From the NCBI RefSeq assembly GCF_964204645.1, contig NC_134031.1:17161807-17225806 (forward strand): DNA of 64,000 nt. The letters run 5' to 3'. The position numbers and the translations under genes were made by a program. This DNA is from Tubulanus polymorphus (taxonomy: Eukaryota; Animalia; Nemertea). The first letter of the stretch is position 1. Every line of letters begins with the position of its first letter. This document shows positions 60,701 through 64,000 of this stretch, in pieces. The notes beneath the pieces are model-generated. The model had not been told where the DNA came from and did not search any database. It was given only the letters and a program-made list of their open reading frames with translations.

Positions 60701-61607
60701 CCATGTAGACCAACTCGATATGAACGTAACGTCAATTGAACTGTTAGCTTCGCGGTTTCCAGGTACTGAACTGTGACATTTTCAAGAAAAGCATTCCGGG
60801 TTGAATTATTGTAATATGTAATAGTGCGTTGATGTATGTTTATATAGGGCTGAATTCGGAAGCCTATCGTCATCAGCTCGGTAGTTTCGGTGTATCGGGT
60901 GAACTGGCTACGAGATCTGTAGCAAGTCTGTCTGGAGGTCAGAAAAGTAGAGTTGCATTCAGTGCTATGTGCATGAGCAAGTAAGTTTATGCACCCAGTT
61001 TCTGCTGGTACACATTATATTCCATTGCTGTTTGGCAATTATCTCGAACAATTCCGGATTCTCGAGTAGATGAATATTTCTGTCATCTGCCTCTTGCCTA
61101 AAACTCTTCTTCATCATAATTTTAGTCCGAACTTCTTTATTCTGGACGAACCTACGAATCATTTGGATGTGGAAACCATTGAAGCTTTAGGGAAAGCACT
61201 CAATAAATTTCAGGTAAGGACACTTAACGTGCGAACAAGGCCTCGAATTTTGAGAGGTGCATACAAATTAGAAAATGGAATATTTCGATGGGACAGTTGG
61301 GACCAGGGCAATAAGTACCGATTTAGGAGTCTACAGCAATTGAGATAAGAAAGTTTTTCAGGCGCTTCCTCGAAATTTGAAACTTTCTACTTTGAATTTC
61401 GTTGTATCCAGGATCTGATTGATAAAAATGGAATATTTCGATGAATCTTTTCAGGGCGGTGTCATACTAGTTTCTCACGACGAACGACTCATCAGAAACG
61501 TGTGTAAAGAATTGTGGGTTTGTAAAGACCGATGCGTTCGTTCGATCGAGGGCGGCTTCGACGAATACAAGAAATTAGTCGAAGAAGAACTCGCCGCGTT
61601 GAAGTGA
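54761..61607 (+). CDS. ABCF3: ATP-binding cassette subfamily F member 3; 18 exons: 54761-54842, 55620-55764, 56086-56218, 56780-56874, 56968-57084, 57208-57312, 57758-57919, 58237-58380, 58537-58593, 58686-58708, 59202-59458, 59829-59905, 59995-60039, 60128-60257, 60582-60762, 60848-60980, 61126-61213, 61455-61607
   Basis: ABCF3-type N-terminus ([29 protein letters not shown]), two ABC domains ([27 protein letters not shown]; [29 protein letters not shown]) and no TM segments. Confidence 0.96.
58047..58174. mobile_element. PIF/Harbinger-like MITE
   Basis: CAG|GGGCCAGTTGCTCAAAGGTTGGTTA...TAACCAACTTTTGAGCAACCGGCCC|CAG (25-bp TIR, 3-bp CAG TSD). Confidence 0.85.
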
Positions 61608-61659
61608 AAAGTTCGCGCGTTGTACTTAAAAGGTGCCATCGACTGTTCTTTTATTATTA

Positions 61660-61971
61660 GGGGCTGTCCATAAAAGACGTCCGTAAATGCATAATTTTGA
61701 CCCCCTCCCCCATGTCCACAGAATGTCCTCATTGCATCATCAGACAAAAAGACGTTGTAAATCCAGTCATGCAAAATAATGTTTTTTCATTCACTCAATC
61801 ATTTATTATGCACTGTAGATACAGTTATTCCATAACATATTTTGAACTATTTCTCCAAGCTTACAGGAATTAAGATATCCACATCCGCAAAACCCCCCTC
61901 CCTTGTCCACGAAAGTCCAAAGTTCACAAACCCCCCTCCCCTCGACTTGGATATCTTTTATGGACAGCCCC
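61660..61971. mobile_element. PIF/Harbinger-like MITE in the ABCF3 3' UTR
   Basis: TTA|GGGGCTGTCCATAAAAGA...TCTTTTATGGACAGCCCC|TTA. Confidence 0.88.
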
Positions 61972-63307
61972 TTATTATTGTTTTCGCTTTAATTTTATTA
62001 TGTTTCTTGTTGTCGCCGATTTCGTAATCGAGTCTGAATAATGTTACATCAAAAAAACGACCGCTATCGAGGGTTAACGGATTTGGATCAAAAATAGCAG
62101 TTAGAATCTATTACTTTCTTGCATAGAAACTAGTCTTCTAATCGATGAAGTTGTATTCATTGGCGATATGTTGAAATCGATCAATAGATGCAGATCCGAA
62201 AGGATACTCGACGATAGAGAAATTTTCTTTACTTTGTAGAACGATTCATTACGAAATTAAAGAATCTGTGATACGCTTAGTAATTGTAATATTAAACTGT
62301 AATATGTGGGTAAAATCTTAATTGAAAATTCATGCCTGTGTCTACTTTGTGTAAAGTGGAAATTGTATAAATTGAATAAAATATCAGTATATATCTAATC
62401 TTACCAAATTATTGCTTTATTTCTGATTTAATTAGTTGTTTTCTAGTACAATAGACTCCATTTGACGATGAAAATATGTCCTACTTTAGTGATATCCTAG
62501 ATGGTATTTACAATTGATGGATATGGTTTAGAAAACCTTTCAACAAACGTCTGCTTATTCGAGTTGATCGACAGTCTACTGAATTGTGGAGAAAATACGA
62601 GGTATTTTCCTAGAAACGCTATTTGATCTGGTTGGGACCAGACCTTGACGGAAAGGAGAAAATGAGGACGTGTCATACAATCCTCTGCTGCTATGATAGT
62701 GACCTCGGGTGTAGATCCAGGGTTAAACCATTTGCGAAGACGTTATTTGACATTAAGACATTACTGGACGACAATTCAAGGCACGTCTGTAAAATAAGGG
62801 CATTTCCTGTATCCATAAAAAGACAAGCGCCACAGGCATGAAGCCAATTTGAAGTCTGTGTATTCTGCCCCAGAAAGTCTTACACACTTATGCAGCGACA
62901 ACCAAATGAGGTTCTCTGTATGAACAAGGCATAAGAATCATTTACGGGAGGATACAAAATATCTTTTTATTTCACAAAAAAATCTGTCACAACAATCATA
63001 ATATTTTACGATATAAACAGTACAAAAAACAAGCACCTGCTGGACAATCTATTGAAGACAACTGATTATCAATATAAACCGAAAAAAATCATGATATGCT
63101 TGTATATGATAAAAATAATGCAACTTGGTCAATATTCTACTAGATGTATGATATAATGCAGCAAGCTTTCAAACAAACGCTTTCTTAAATGCGGGAGCAA
63201 TATCAGCAAGTGACTAGAAATAGGATTTTTCTTTTTCAGGATTTCGTTTTTGATTAAGGTTTGACTTAGTAGTAGAAAATGCCTTCGAGAAACAAGCGAT
63301 GTAACCA

Positions 63308-63399
63308 GGCCCTAGTTCCACAGTTGTGAGTTGAAATCAGTTCATTTTCGATGAGTTAACTCGAGTCGAATCTTAACTCAGAACTGTGGACCTGGGTCC
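63308..63399. mobile_element. Internally deleted copy of the 16877-16986 MITE
   Basis: ctagttccacagttgtgagtt..gttcattttc..gagttaactc..tcttaactcagaactgtggacctggg. Confidence 0.7.
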
Positions 63400-64000
63400 A
63401 GCATTTTAAGAGTAAAAGAACAATATTAGACCAGGATTGAAAGCAATAGTATCACACGTTCTATGTACACGTTAAGACCTGTGTCATATGTCTAGTTATA
63501 ACCTACGGCAGATATGATATAGCTAAGTCCCTTTCCTAAGTTATTCCAAGCAGATAATTACAATTTTTGTTTTGCCAATTTGCGTCCGAAGATCTCTTTT
63601 TCGAGACCCCCGACGATGAAAAATATTAGAACAAACTCTACTACAAATAATTGCACCTTAATATACGATACGAGTGAAATGAACCGAATAAAATGTGATG
63701 ATACAACGAAACGCTACGCAATAAAGCGCGGCAAAACTTGATTAATTACAGAAAATCAGAAATAATTCATAGGATAATTGAGTTGCTAGATTAAAAATTA
63801 AAATCTCTTGAGATTGACGTCACTAGAAGTCGTAAAGGGACCAAAGGAGCACCAGAAGCTAATCGAATTCTTAAAGAGCTGAATGATCGTAAATGCTATG
63901 CGTACTATGTCGTTTATTAAAAGCAGATAAATTTTGATTATCGAAGTACATAGTTATTGAAAGAGAAGCTTTCCGTTAGCAGTTTTCATAAGTAGATGTT

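Noticed and set aside
54761-61607. ABCF1, which is MHC-linked in human and would strengthen the proto-MHC case
   Set aside because: The N-terminal domain is of the ABCF3 type, not the long charged ABCF1 N-terminus.
62623-62841. 72-aa ORF in a slightly GC-richer patch near the window end
   Set aside because: No motif, splice context or homology was recognised.

Overview
Eukaryotic, AT-rich, intron-rich but gene-dense invertebrate genomic DNA. A spiralian/lophotrochozoan origin is inferred from gene content; the species cannot be named. I assembled 11 protein-coding genes by hand from GT-AG splice sites and reading-frame continuity. They are a 1472-aa disordered orphan with a single coding exon (-), a 184-aa basic orphan (-), a GPI-type folate-receptor-family protein (-), a C2H2 zinc-finger protein (+), GNL1 (-), ATAT1 (+), CACFD1/Flower (-), ICMT (+), CFAP77 (-), a mitochondrial MetX/Cys2-type serine O-acyltransferase (+) and ABCF3 (+). 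Eight of these form four consecutive head-to-head pairs. Non-coding DNA holds a palindromic 43+14n-bp minisatellite that superficially resembles a CRISPR array, many MITEs (several nested), L2-type LINE tails and tRNA-derived SINE heads. The most interesting observations are (1) a Flower gene with two duplicated, mutually exclusive terminal exons plus a possible truncating exon, (2) an intron-rich, fungal-type cysteine-biosynthesis enzyme in an animal, (3) proto-MHC synteny (GNL1 + ATAT1 with CACFD1 + CFAP77), and (4) a divergent folate-receptor/Juno-fold protein that the ORF track misses. All gene models are unverified by transcript data.
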